Source: the human T2T-CHM13v2.0 reference genome, Homo sapiens
Reading direction: 5' to 3' (one strand)
DNA: 64,000 nt
Assembly: GCF_009914755.1 (NCBI RefSeq)
Contig: NC_060941.1
Shown here: positions 28,373 through 42,568 of the stretch, piece after piece
Numbering within the stretch: position 1 is the first letter of the stretch
How the letters are laid out: each line of letters opens with the position of its first letter
Position numbers and translations under genes: made by a program
The notes under the pieces: model-generated
What the model saw: the letters and a program-made list of their open reading frames with translations, nothing else
What the model was told of the DNA's origin: nothing
Database searches by the model: none

Positions 28373-28455
28373 CTCATCGTAGAATATGCAGGCATGTTTC
28401 CCGGACACGTAGTTACAGTGACCATAGTTTGTAAGGCACACATCCATGTCAGCTC
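28373..28455 (-). CDS. PHF12: PHF12 exon 13 ([27 protein letters not shown]), FHA domain
   Basis: cag/gtgag boundaries, 83 nt, FHA SxxH motif. Confidence 0.95.
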
Positions 28456-29114
28456 CTGCAAGGTGGCAGGAGTAGAGGAAAAGGAAGGCAGAGAACAGAT
28501 TGTAAGGTGCATGTGTCGGGGAGGTAAGACAGGGAGAGAGTTAGCTTCTGGGTTGGCACTAGCAGAGACTTCAAGGGTGAGTAGCTCAGGGCCCTCCCCT
28601 TTTATTTTTGAACAAAAACTGTTGTCTTTTCCAAGCTCCTGATAAAGAACAGCTGTCCCTGCCAGCTGATCTGCTTTAGAACATGTGGCTGCTACCCAGA
28701 AGGGAAGAGTGAGCTACTGAAGAGGATGGGATATTTCTATGAAAATACAACATCGGGGTGCAGAGCCTAGAAAATCTTATCACCTTAAAGAAAGGGAAGT
28801 TTCTAGGGTAAGGGCTAATCTGTCTGTCCTTCTGTACCAGATACAGAGCTATCGGTCTCTAGGACTTTTAGGGAAAACAAAACAAAACAAAAAACAGATA
28901 CAGGGCTAACTGAAGATTGGGTATGTGTGAGTCTATCACTCTTTCAAAGACCACCAGGGACAAAGCATCTGCCTTCTCCTTAGGTTCTTCCCTGCAGTGT
29001 TTAAAGTGCCTCCCTGGGCAGTAGTCAGAGCTGACTTTCATCTCTGCTGTTGCAACACTGGGCAAAGACAAAGCAAAAGGGCCTGAACAAGGGAAGACAA
29101 GGAACTGATTGTCT

Positions 29115-29402
29115 CTTTTATTTTTGAGACAGGGTCTCACTCTGTTGCCTGGGCTGGAGTGCAGAGGCACAAAAAGGATCACTGCCTGGACCTCCCAGCC
29201 TCAGGTGATCTTCCCACCTCAGCCTCCCAAGTAGCTGGGACTATAGGCATGTTAGCCCAGCTAATTTTTTATATTTGTTTTTGGTAGAGATAGGGTTTCA
29301 CCATGTTGCCCAGGCTGGTCTCGAAGTCCTGGGCTCAAGTGTTCCTCCTGCCTTGTCCTCCCAAAGTGTTGGGATTATAGGCGTGAGCCACCGTGACTGG
29401 CT
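29115..29402 (-). mobile_element. AluJ-like element with TSD TGATTGTCTCT
   Basis: Alu motifs and TSD. Confidence 0.85.
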
Positions 29403-29565
29403 GATTGTCTCTATTCTTAGTTTCTCTTGTCTAGCTATCCACTGATTTAAAGCAGTCAACTCTGGAAAGGGCTTCCCTCACCCCTTTCTAACTTCTGTGG
29501 GTAAGGGTGTCAGTCTTTAGGGCTGAACAGATTCAGTGTCTCTCCCAGCTTCCTGGCTGGCTCAC

Positions 29566-29664
29566 CTGTCCCGATGTAGAGGGTTCGATAGCACATGTTC
29601 ACAGCTCCTCCCAACCCTAAGAGGGGGTAGAACACAGCTCGGGCCTGTACCTCCTTTCTTTGCA
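29566..29664 (-). CDS. PHF12: PHF12 exon 12 ([16 protein letters not shown]...TLYIGT)
   Basis: tag/gtgag boundaries, 99 nt. Confidence 0.93.
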
Positions 29665-30001
29665 CTACAAGACAAACATAGGAATAGGATCATTCAGAAA
29701 CTCAGATCCTGTGATCCAAACATAAACCAACAAAATCTGGACCTTTGGCTCATGGCCTGGAGAAAATCCCGCTGGATGACTCATCTTTCCAAACTCACAT
29801 CCAACACTGAGCTGCGGCAGGGTAAGGCTTTCTCTCCCCACCCACAGCATTTCCAACACAGGGTACAGAGGACCATCTTTGAAGATGGTCAGAGAAGTCA
29901 GAGATGACAGTACTGTGTAAGTTCCTGGGCTCCTGGCTGGCTAATCCGGGATATTCCAGCTGGTACTATAGGGAGAATATGGAAAAACAGACGGCATGGA
30001 C

Positions 30002-30225
30002 CAGTGTTTCTCAAACTTTAATGTGCATAAGAATCGCCTACAGATCTTGTTGAAATGCAGATTCTGATTCAATAGGTCTGAGGAGGGGCCTTAGCTCTGC
30101 ATTTCTTTTGCTGTTTTCTTTAAAAATAGGCAAAAAACCAATGCATTGAGCTCTGCATTTCTAACAAGCTCTCAGGGGCTGCTGATGCTGCTGGTCTGCG
30201 AACCACACTTTGAAGCAGCAAGGCT
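30002..30225 (+). mobile_element. MER5-like hAT-Charlie DNA transposon
   Basis: cagtgtttctcaaact...aatgcagattctgattca...accacactttga. Confidence 0.7.
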
Positions 30226-30361
30226 CTTAATGGCCAATGCTCAGACATATCTGAAACAGAGTTAACCACTTGGGGAAAATTTCCAGAAGGTTGGCCTAGT
30301 GTTATTCTATTTCTCAACTTGAACTTGAAAAGTTCCCTCTTGGGAAGCCATTCTTTTTAAA

Positions 30362-30672
30362 ATTTTATTTATTTATTTACTTATTTATTTGGAGACAGGG
30401 TCTCACTCTGTCACCCAGGCTGGAGTGCAGTGGCACAATCATAGCTCACTGCAGCCTTGACCTCCCAGACTCAAGCGATCCTCCCATCTTAGCCTTCCAA
30501 GCAGCTGGGATTACAGGTGTATGCCACCATGCCTGGGTAAGTTTAAAATTATTTGTAGAGATAGGGTCTCACTGTGTTGCCCAGGCTGGTCTCCAACTCC
30601 TGGGCTCAAGTGATCCTCCCGCCTCAGCCTCCCAAAGTGCTGGGATTACAGGTGTGAGCCACTGCACTCAGT
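30362..30672 (-). mobile_element. AluJ-like element with (TTTA)n tail
   Basis: Alu motifs. Confidence 0.88.
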
Positions 30673-31008
30673 CGGGAAGCCCTTCTAATTCAAATATTTG
30701 AAAGCAAGTAAGCAGAAAGTACACTACATATACCCAAAGGTACTGGTAGCTGCTTTGCTGTGTCTCGAAGTGGACTTATATATGAAAGAAAGTTACAGCA
30801 GACTTCCCCAAGTCTGATCAGAAAGCTGTGGTTGCCATCTTGTTCCTGCTCTCTTCAGAAAAAAACCATGGTGCTTTATTAAGCCCATGAAAAGCACACA
30901 AGGAGGTTTGAGATACTGGAAGCTCAGATTCTCCATGGAGGCAAGGTGACCATTCGCACACGTAGAGGGGAGATCTGATGATGTGGTGACAGGTGTGTAC
31001 ATGCGCAC

Positions 31009-31152
31009 CTTCTATGTGGTGCCCTCCAGAAGCCAGCTGATGTGTCCCGACACTGCCCGGTGAAGGTTGGACCCGGGAGGGGAAAAGCTGATGTATTCTC
31101 TGCAAGGCCAGAAACTTGATCAGCTTCTCGTCCAGCATATTTATCTCGATTT
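31009..31152 (-). CDS. PHF12: PHF12 exon 11 ([23 protein letters not shown]...HHIE)
   Basis: tag acceptor, weak gtgcgc donor, 144 nt. Confidence 0.92.
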
Positions 31153-31894
31153 CTATTAGCCAAAGAGAAAGATTAAAAAGCAGCTGAGATGGGAAGTGGA
31201 ATGTGGAAGCAAATCAGGGTCACAGAGCAAATAGTTTGGCATTTCTAAAATCCAGCCAAGTGATTTTTACTCAAACAGCATTGAGTGCAGAGCGTACAAG
31301 GATCTGCAGCTGGGCATCTCACTTGCCATTTGCAGTGAGATGGGCCCCAATGCAGCCTGTGCAGCTGCCTCCTGTAGTTGGGTGGACTGATTTTAATTAA
31401 AGTGCCCCTAGAAAGGCAGAGTGGAATAAACCACTTGCCTGTCTGTGGGGGAGGGCCTGGATGTCTGATATTGAGACTTGAACTTTCTACCCACCTTGTG
31501 TTCACAGAGATCAAGATCTGTCCCTGTTCTCCTGGACTTTGGGGGTTTCCCACAGATGAGGTCCCTCCTTTGGGAGTGAGGATCTTAGTTTTATTCTGCA
31601 AATCCAGGTGATCTGCCTAAAGTGATTTTGTTCTCGTCTCACTGGTTCAGCTTGGCTCTGTCCTCCCTTCATCTTTGATTATGTGTATATGCACATGTAG
31701 AAGGCAGAGCTACAGAAGGAGCTTTCTTTTTCACCCCGCCCCCCCATCCAAAAGGATACTCCTCATTCCCATCTCCCCCTAGGCCTCTGGGATCAGGTGT
31801 CCCTTCCCTCCCTTTCTGAAATGAGCTGAATGCTGTATAGGAATAGCACCTTCAACATAGCAAACGGTGGAACAGCAGCAGCTCATTCACTCAC

Positions 31895-32020
31895 CTCCAT
31901 TGACATCCATAAATGCTCGAAGTGAGTTGGTGAGGTCCACCATGGCAGTAGAGTTGGCTGGGAAAGAGGGTACGGTTAAAGCGCTTCCTATGGATAACGT
32001 GCCGGGGCTGACCTTGCCAT
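31895..32020 (-). CDS. PHF12: PHF12 exon 10 ([11 protein letters not shown]...FMDVNG)
   Basis: cag/gtgagt boundaries, 126 nt. Confidence 0.93.
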
Positions 32021-33264
32021 CTGGGGACGGAGCAGGAAGACTGTTACTTACGTCGCCTGAGGGAAACCCACCGTCCAATCCCCCACTGCTGAGACAGGTC
32101 TGGATTTCGGACCCAAGGTGATGTTCCCTTCTTGATTCTCAACCCATAGGCTCTGGAACTCCTAGAGCTAAAAACGTGTGGTGAGGAAGGGCAGATGGAA
32201 CGACAAAGCACCCAGGCACGCAGGAGTCTCCAGAGCACTGAGAACCACTGAAATCCACTGCTCTGGGGAAAGTGGTGGGGCAGCTTCATTCTTTGGGCCA
32301 TGACCACCTCCCTGCTGCCTCTACTTTAAAATAAGTAGTGCCTGCCCTTATAATTCTTGCCTACTGAAATATGACTCACGGCGTGGAGAATCTACCCACG
32401 CTGGTTTTAAGCGATAAACAGAGATAGGAAAACAGCCTGGGAGCGGGGCCATCCTGGGACCAGGGGCTCCCATGCAGAGAAATCACAATCATCTGGTTAC
32501 CGAGACTCCCAGCTGACTAGGAGGCCGGCTTCAGTTCAGACGGGAGAGACCACAGAGGGTTCCGGCAGCATCTGAAACCTGGTTCAGATGCTGGGGTCAG
32601 CAACTTCAAGGTCCTGAGTGCTCTCTGGGGACAGCTGAGAGAGCAGGTCCACAGTAGGCCAAGTACAGACCTGAAGGACCGCCCTTTGGCATGTGGCCTG
32701 AGGGCACGCTTCTGGGCTAGAACAATCCCTGTGGGCATCCCACTCTACAGCTCCTCTGAAAGACAGTGCTGCTGTCTAGCCCTGCTTCCTGACATGGAAG
32801 TTCATCAGATTAACTCTTTCTGAGAATATGCATCAGGCATGAATCCATTCTTTTGTGTGGATCTGACAATACTGAGGCCATCACGCAGAACCTCAGGCTG
32901 ATCATAGTAATTCCAGAGAGCACCCTGCCTTCTTTTAAGGTGACAGAACAAAACAGGCAGAGGCCTAGGCCTGGAAGGTATGGGATGGAGTCAGGAGACC
33001 TGGGCTGTGGTTCCAATCCTGCCACTGACTCAGTAGGTCATTTTAAGGAAATCACTGAAGCTTTCAGAGCCTAAGCAGTCCCATTTATAAACGGGACAAG
33101 TTAACATGTGCTTCCTCTTCTATTACGGAAATGAGAGTAACACAAACAATACAAAGGCCAAAGTCCTCTGAAGTATTCACAGGGATATAAGTGCTTTTAG
33201 AATCTTATTTGCCAGAAAGAGCATAAAATTATTCCAAATCAACCCAAGGCTGAGCAGCACTCAC

Positions 33265-34060
33265 CTGACGATGGCGCTGGTGAGCTGAATCGTTGGTTGG
33301 CTGTTGTGGCCAAGATACCATCTCCTGCTGCTTGCGGGGGAGTGAGCACCCGGGTGGCGTTTGGGGGTGAGCCCAGTGGCCTTGAATCTGTCAACGGAGG
33401 TCCTATCTGTGATTGGACAGTCTTTCTTTGCAAAGTGCTGGTGTTCTCGATGCTGGCACAAGAGCTGGGAATGGAAGGGGGCAGGCTTGGGACAGGAACC
33501 AAACTCCTCTGGGGGCAAGAGCTGGGGCCAGTGGCATTCTCTGTCTTCACAATGATGCCGACGGTGTGGTTCTGAAGGCCCCCAGCCGCTGGTGGCGTGA
33601 GGGGCCGGGGCCAGCCTTGCCGGTGTGAGAGGCCTGGTAGTGGGGTGTTAGCGCCTGGAAGTCGCCGGGGGTCCGTGGAATCAGTAGGGCTGCTGTAGAG
33701 GTGTGGGCCATTAGCTTTCACCTCTGTGTTCACTGGCCCATTGGCAGTCCCACAAGGGGTTTTCTTGGATTTTTCCGCACAAGAACTGCAGCCGATGTCC
33801 TCTAGGGCTGGGGACTGGTGGGGTGGAGAGCAGCTCAGGGAATTCTGGGTGCTAATCCCTGAGGGGCAGGACAAGGGGTAGTGGGAAGGTGTAGGTGTCT
33901 TGTCAGCTGTTTGCAGGGAGGTGGTGACTGAGCTGTCAGTCACAATAACAGGCTTAATATCAGCCTTCTCTGTCTGTTCAGAGTCCCAATGCGAAGGCAT
34001 CTGCTTAGCAGATAAATGTTTCAATATGCTGCACTGGAGCGCAACAACACTACAGAGCCA
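33265..34060 (-). CDS. PHF12: PHF12 exon 9 ([10 protein letters not shown]...SSPAPSS), S/P/T-rich region
   Basis: cag/gtgagt boundaries, 796 nt, open frame. Confidence 0.95.
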
Positions 34061-34661
34061 CTGCAATGGAAGGAGAGGAGAGGGGGGTGAGAAGCCTGAG
34101 AGGCGCCGGTCCTTCCTGCCACAGTGGCCAGGGCTGCAGCAGAGCTGACAAGCAGTTTCCGAGGTCCCATCATGAATGCTCACAAAGGGTGTGCTTGACT
34201 CCTGATAGAATTCCATTTCCATTCCCAAGCAAGACTTATAGGTACCCTCAGCAGGCCAACACTCCCTCTGGCCAACAGAGCTTGGGATCTGCATTTTGAC
34301 TCTGCCTTTAAGGCTTACTTGTGACCAATATTCAGCAATTACCCCGAGCACCTGTGGTATGTCCAGCACTATCACCTAACCTCTCTATGGGTCTACTCAT
34401 CTCTTTCTACAGTATAGATTTGCCCATCTCACAGTGCACTGGGGTAACGATGGAGAGAAGCAGACCAGTTGCCTTTGTAGATCTCTTACTTGCCTTTGGG
34501 ATTTGAGCCAGAAGTTCCCCCTGGAATACTCAACTCTTGAGGGGTTAGGATGAGGGTGGGTGGGGACTGGAATGAGAATGACACTGAGGCTACTTCTGAT
34601 AACAGCTGTGGTGACACAGAAGGAAGGTTGGATTTGGAATCCCCGCCCCACCTTCACTCAC

Positions 34662-34820
34662 CTCTTGCTGCTCTGCTTGGGTGGCTAAGTGCTCAGAGTT
34701 CAAAAGGTGCATCTGTGATTCCTCAGGGATCCCATTGCAGATCAGCTCCCCGTCCCGAATGGCCGCGGGTGCAATGAGAGGGGGTGGAAACTGGTACTGA
34801 GATTTTATAGCATCAGGAAC
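34662..34820 (-). CDS. PHF12: PHF12 exon 8 ([15 protein letters not shown]...AEQQE)
   Basis: cag/gtgagt boundaries, 159 nt. Confidence 0.93.
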
Positions 34821-35173
34821 CTGTTCAGGATAGATAGAAGGAGGAAGGAGAGGGAGATAGTTCCAACATGTCTAGTTGATTCTGCCCTGGTATGCTGTTC
34901 TGTCTGTGGTGCTGGTGCTCAAGGGACCATCCACTCTGGGGTCTGCTGAGGAAAAGGAGGCTCAGAAATGGAAATAGCAGGTGGGGCCTCCACTTTCCTT
35001 CATCAAGGTCTAAGGCCTGCAGAACACAGAAACCACTGCGTTCTGTCTTCTGCTTTAGCCTGAAAGGTGTAAGACTGGCACTGGACAGGGCTTCAGAGTG
35101 GTACTCTGGGTTCTTATTGCTCAGTGTCAAGTTTGGGAGTGGGTGAGCAGTCACTGAGAGATAAAAATGCTTA

Positions 35174-35525
<352 letters not shown>

Positions 35526-35659
35526 TCAATGTCAGTTTCCTTCATCCATTCATTCATGACTCATGAAACAACTAAAGACGTCTTTGTGCAACAAAAACAG
35601 AAGCCACACTCTGAATCACACCATGTAAGAATGAAAGAGCCACACAAGCAAAGAGTCAT

Positions 35660-36370
35660 TCATACATTCAACCAACATTTATTGAGCACCTCCTGTGTCT
35701 GGGCACTGTTCCAAGTTCTAGAGATCCAGAGATGAATAAAAGTTAAGACTTGCCCTCAAGGAGCTCACAGTCTAGTGGGGAGATAAACACAGAAATATTA
35801 CAACACAAGGTAATGGGTTCTAGAAGAGAAGCATGTCTAAGGTGCTATTAAAAACATAGTGCTTATTTTAGTTTGGGGGACAGGAATTTGGGATTGGGGA
35901 TGATTTTATAGGAAGTCAGTATTTGGGTTGACACTTGGAAGTTGAGAAGGATCTTCCAGGCAGATAAAGGAAAAATAAGGGAGGGGGAGAAGCATGTAAG
36001 GCATAGAGATGTGATAGCACTTTGTGGATTTGGAAAACATCCAGAGAACCAACAGATTTGGTGACAAAATCCTTATGGTAGACAAGGGAGAACTGAAAAT
36101 GGTTCCCAGAATTTTAGTTTGAGGGACTGAGTAGTGATCATTGTTATTTACTGCAATAGGAGATACAGGAGGAAGAGCAGATGTGGAGAGGCAGAAGACT
36201 TCTGGTCTTATGGAGGTTCATCCTGAGATATCTGTGGGATGGGCAGGCAGATATGAGTCTGGATATAAGGAGAAAGGCATGGAATATGGAGTTGAGAGTC
36301 ATCACCATGGGCTGGTGATGGCCTTAGCTGGTGCCATGGGCTTTCTGAGATCACCCAGGAATGAGAGGAG
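35660..36370 (-). mobile_element. L2 fragments
   Basis: cattcaaccaacatttattgagcacc resembles the reversed L2 3' end. Confidence 0.6.
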
Positions 36371-36984
36371 GAGGAATAAACAGTGGACTAGTTTATTCCA
36401 CTACCCCTGGGGTAAGAACAGGATACCCCTGGGGAAGAGTGAAGGGCTAAGTGGAAGAGAAATTCGCAACGAAGATACAAAGTTCTCAGCAGATTTTTCC
36501 TGAATTGCTAGAATCAAGTGTAAAGGCTAATGTTCCAGGAGAGAGCTGGGGTTCTTCACCAATGTTCTATGGTGCTACGGTCCTCATTTCACTCTCAAAC
36601 TGTCCAAGTACAAAATGCTTTGCAGGTAACTCATGCCCTTTGAGTTTCCTCACTAGAGAAACACTTAAAAGGTGGGAGGGGCACCATACAACAAGGGGAT
36701 TTTTATCAAGGTCTCCTGGCCCGTTCACTTCAGCAGCTATGCTCTCTGACAAATCTACACAGTGAATTACACAGTCTGGATTACTTTTAGATCTGTTTCA
36801 CTGAGATGAGGCATACTACCTTTAATATCATCCATTTCCGAAATATTTGAATCTAGTTTTGGAAAACCTGTGTCTCCACTGATGTATAAATATTTGCCCA
36901 GTTAAGTTTGTTATACAATTTTCAACAGTTAGCATCTTGCTAGTGCTGATACCCACTGAAGGTGATGGCAGTGGTGTGACTGAC

Positions 36985-37278
<294 letters not shown>

Positions 37279-38067
37279 AGTGTGATTGATTTTAAAATGT
37301 GGCTGCCACCAAGTGGCCATACTTGAGAAGTGCTGGTTTCTGTTAGCACATAAGACTGTGGGATCATTTCAAAAGAGAAAAACAAGTTTATATATGGGTA
37401 TATAGTGTTGGACCCTCTAGGTTAACTGAATGAGGGGATTGAATGGTTTAAAAACATCCTCACTACCACCAAATGCTTTTCAAGGAGGGAAATTTTTCTG
37501 TCAATCTCTGTAAACACACTTTGGCCAATGTCAAGAGCATATAAATATTAGGCATTATTACAGCTATGCCACAATTTGGAGCATTGGTGATATATTAACA
37601 GCAGCCTGGAAAAATAGATTCAAGTTTCCTTTAGATATTTTCCACTTAAGTTCCTGAGCTGGGATTAGCTCTTCACCTTCCACATGGCTCTTTCTGCTTA
37701 ATCATCCCCACCTTTACTTTGCCTCTTGGACAGAGGCCATCTAACAGGAACAGATAGAATGAGCGTTAGGTGAGGGTGGCAGTAACAACAGAGCACATTT
37801 GGGTTTGGTGGGATGGGCTGAAGAGTGCTTATCCTTTGGAAAACTAGAGACTGGTAGACTTCGAAGGCTAACTTGAGGTTCGGCCCTCATAATCCTGACC
37901 ATCATCCCCAAGTATTAAAATGAAGGTCACACTCATTACTCACGAGACACCACAAACCTATTTCTGGGGCTTCAGTTTCCCTGCCTGTAAAATTGGGACA
38001 GTGATCCTCTGTCTAACCCATGATGGCAGGCAGACTACCATCTTGCCTGCACCTGATTGTGACTCAC

Positions 38068-38232
38068 CTTCAAGCTTCTTCTTTTGACCGACTGGAGCAC
38101 ACGCCGGTTAGGGGGGTGCTTCTTGTGGATTCGGTTCAGGAAGTCCACTTTGACGACATGCTGCGAAACGGTGTCCTGGAAACGATCAAACACCTGGCAC
38201 CGATTGCTCAGTGTCATATTCTTCTGGTTCAG
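38068..38232 (-). CDS. PHF12: PHF12 exon 7 ([18 protein letters not shown]...KRRSLK)
   Basis: tag/gtgagt boundaries, 165 nt. Confidence 0.94.
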
Positions 38233-39925
38233 CTAGGAACAAAGCAGACACAACCTTGTGGTGAGCCTCAAAAGGCACCTCCTATCCCAGTTAACCCCAT
38301 TCCCTGTGTTTAAAAACTAGAAGCCCTCAGCCACATAGGTTCCCTCAATTAGGGACCAGGATGTCGGCACTCTTTGTCAGAGAGCAAGGGAACATGGATG
38401 AGACTTCCTACTCAGCCCTGCCCAGTCCAGTGGAAGAGAGCCAATATGTTCCTGTTCCCTAGAGAGCCTTAAGGAAGGCAGGAGAAATTAGCCAAGACGT
38501 GCCCTTCCAAATTCGGCCTCTGACAGTCTTCTGTTCCAGCTCAGAGAAGCCTCTGTCAGGGCCCTCTAATAGCAGCACAGGTTTCAGAGAAGACGTATGC
38601 TTCGACCCTTAAGAGACCCACACTCCCTTCCCAGGAAGGGCCTCTCTCTAATAGGAAAAGCAGGACTGTGTCCTACATAGGAGCTTGGCTGACAACTGGG
38701 TCAGAACCAGAAATCCGTGTGCTCTGCTCTACTCCTACTCCGTGGTACCAAGGAGCATAAGTTAACCCATCTTGATATCAGTCTTCCTCTACTGGAAGGG
38801 AAAACCTTGGATTGCTCTTAGAAGCCAAAAGGAGAAAAGAAAGAAGAGTTTCTGCAATAATATACGAAGGCATACAGAAATTATGCCACTTTTCCTATTC
38901 TACATCTGGGCTCCTACATTTTAATTCAAAAGAAAGGACCTGCTGTGGCAGCTGCCTAATTCATAAATCAGGAAAAACCTTTAAGTGGCTAACAAAAATT
39001 TAACCCACTAAGAATTTCTCAACTGCTAGAAAGCTGCTCTTTAAGTTTCACATTTGGGTAAACTGCTTATGGTCATTTTTTTTCTGGTTCATCAGGAAGC
39101 AAAACAAGACTAGGAGAGAAACAAGGAAGCAAAACAAGACTAGATTTTCCTCCTAGAAAAATCTTTGACTGGCATGAGTCAAAAGAACACAAAGTAACTC
39201 TTCTCTTCCATGTGTGCAAGTCTTTAACCGAGGTTCCTCTCAGTGCAAGGTCAGCAGCACACTGCCATGAAGGCCAACGGTCATTCCATGGTTATCATCA
39301 TTTGACAGACAATGTCTTAAGCAGTAGCCTTTTTAATTTGGAAGGCTGCTCTTATGAGGGAGCTCCTCCTCCTCAAATCCTCTCCCATTCAATCTTGTGA
39401 GTGACTGTTCTAACTGCCTATAAAGAGATGTCCTAAACTTCTTTTGGAGATAGCAAGTGACAGCTCTTTTCTAGCCTCAGTCTGGAAAATAAACCCAAGA
39501 CTCTTGGAAGAGAAAGCAATAGGACCTTCACACTATTATTCATTCAACAGCTTATTTACTAAACTTCATTTGGTGCCTGGGACACATGTACCCCAGACAG
39601 CCAACGATTTATTTCCTTAAGGTTGGATCTAATATACTCCCCTTTTAGGGCTATAACATCAACTGCTTAATTCCCTATAAGTCACTTACAAACAACCAAG
39701 CACTAGTGAGTTAAGTCTGTATGGGCAGCTGAAACAAAACATTGTGAGAAAAAGCATAGCTGAAATATGTCAAAATGATCAGAATTGAGTAGGGTGGCCT
39801 GCAGAAACCAGTACCTATGACAATGTGGTGAACTTGGCACCAAGCTGACCTTAATATGCTTTCTGCTAATCAGTCCACGCTCCAGCTATGCCCATTGAGG
39901 ACTGAATGGACACTGCTGTGCTTAC

Positions 39926-40058
39926 CACCACATGTTCGATGTGATTCGGACACATCCATCTGCCCAGGGGCATGGCAGTGAGCGGCGGCTCGAGGCAATC
40001 CATGTGAAACAGGAGAGGGCAATAGTCACACTGGATGAGAGGAGCCACACGGCAACTC
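39926..40058 (-). CDS. PHF12: PHF12 exon 6, PHD finger 2 ([21 protein letters not shown]...[11 protein letters not shown])
   Basis: cag/gtaag boundaries, 133 nt, PHD Cys/His pattern. Confidence 0.96.
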
Positions 40059-40211
40059 CTGCAAAAAAGAGATGTTGGCCATTTCTGTGGCAAGAAAAGG
40101 AAAATTCAAACTAACTTTGACCTGTGGAACAGCCTCCCCTCCTTGATCCTAACATTCTCCCCTATCTTCCTCCAGTGATTCAGTTACATTTATGATTAGA
40201 AAGATGGATGG

Positions 40212-40540
40212 GGCTGGTGCGATGGCTCACGCCTATAATCCCTGCACTTTGGGAGGCCGAGGTGGGCGGATTGCCTGAGGTCAGGAGACTGAGACTGAGA
40301 CTAGCCTGACCAACATGGTGAAACCCTGTCTCTACTAAAAATACAAAAAATTAGCTGGGCGTGGTGGTGGGCACCTGTAATCCCAGCTACTCGGGAGGCT
40401 GAGGCAGGAGAATTGCTTGAACCCAGGAGGCCGGAGGTTGCAGTGAGCCAAGATGGCGCCACTGCACTCCAGCCTGGGTGACAGAGAGAGACTCTATCTC
40501 AAACAAAACAAAACAGAACACAACAAAACAAAAAAACAAC
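40212..40540 (+). mobile_element. AluS-like element
   Basis: Alu motifs, ATGGATGG flanks. Confidence 0.9.
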
Positions 40541-41278
40541 ATGGATGGATTTGGGGGCTCCCATTAGGTTCTTCATTATTCTCTCTTCTAAGAAGAACAT
40601 GTCTTGCGGGAAAGTGAATGTTTATTTGGAGTACAGCTAAAGTGGCAGAGTAGGGATGATCAATGCTCAGTACTCACTAGGGGAAAACAGTGAACTCTGC
40701 TCTGATCTTCCTACTTCTTAAAAGAGAGAGCCTACTTCATTAAAAAAATCACTAGCAACCTTTCTGGAGTCTTAACTATAGCAAGAAAATATTTCTCTTC
40801 TGCATGAAGCACTCAGCAGAACTGACAATTAGAGGTGTGCTGGAAAGATGATTTTGTAATGTATTCATGTAAGCAGGGTTCAAAAGAGGACTAAGCAAAT
40901 GACAACTACGATTTGTAACTACAATACTCCTGGGGTCCCCAAGATGCACTGGAGCCACAGTTTGTCCTGGCTCAGAGTTCTGCCACTCTACTATCTAGTT
41001 CCCTTTCCCTATACCTTTTGCTGTGAAACATTTCTTTTTGATAGTTACTTTCTCTTGCTACCCTGCTCTGACCATAATACAGTCCTTCTAACACACCCAA
41101 GCCAACAAGTCCAGCTTCAGTAACTGAAGCAGCTGGTTTCTGTCAAAGAGATCCTATTTGAAGGAAACCAGTGTCCCAGAGACTATAACTGGGGCAGCCC
41201 TAGGGGCTTTTGGAAGTCATCCAGTCCAATACACACTATCATAGATCCTTATACTACTTTTAAACTTATCTTTAGTGA

Positions 41279-42226
<948 letters not shown>

Positions 42227-42447
42227 TCAACACAGTTCACAGTACTCCTGTACTGTGATTCTTCAGAAAATTTGTTAACACATACACATTCAAGGCTCTC
42301 GTCAGTCCATTAGTTAGTCTCCATGTACTCATACTATCAGAATATGGGCTGTTCACATTTAACATACATGGTCTGGAAGAGGTGATGAGAGAAAAAGTAT
42401 CATCTGCTAAATAATGAGAAAGAGCCCCTTAGTATGAAAGAAAATAC

Positions 42448-42568
42448 CTGTTACACGTGAAGCAGACTTTGACGGGTAAGGGAACGAGACCATTGTGATC
42501 TAATTCATGCTGTGTCTTCTTAACATTTTTCCCTGTGGTTTCCTCCTTTCTTCTCCTCTTGCTAGAAC
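42448..42568 (-). CDS. PHF12: PHF12 exon 5 (SSKRRRKEE...KVCFTCNR)
   Basis: tag/gtatt boundaries, 121 nt; basic NLS-like stretch and first CxxC of PHD2. Confidence 0.94.

Noticed and set aside
34061-34375. N-terminal extension of the 378-aa ORF covering PHF12 exon 9
   Set aside because: Intronic; the true acceptor (ttccattgcag) at 34061 is in phase with exon 8
39094-39143. 20-bp direct repeat AGGAAGCAAAACAAGACTAG with a short spacer
   Set aside because: Only two copies, a local duplication; not a CRISPR-like array
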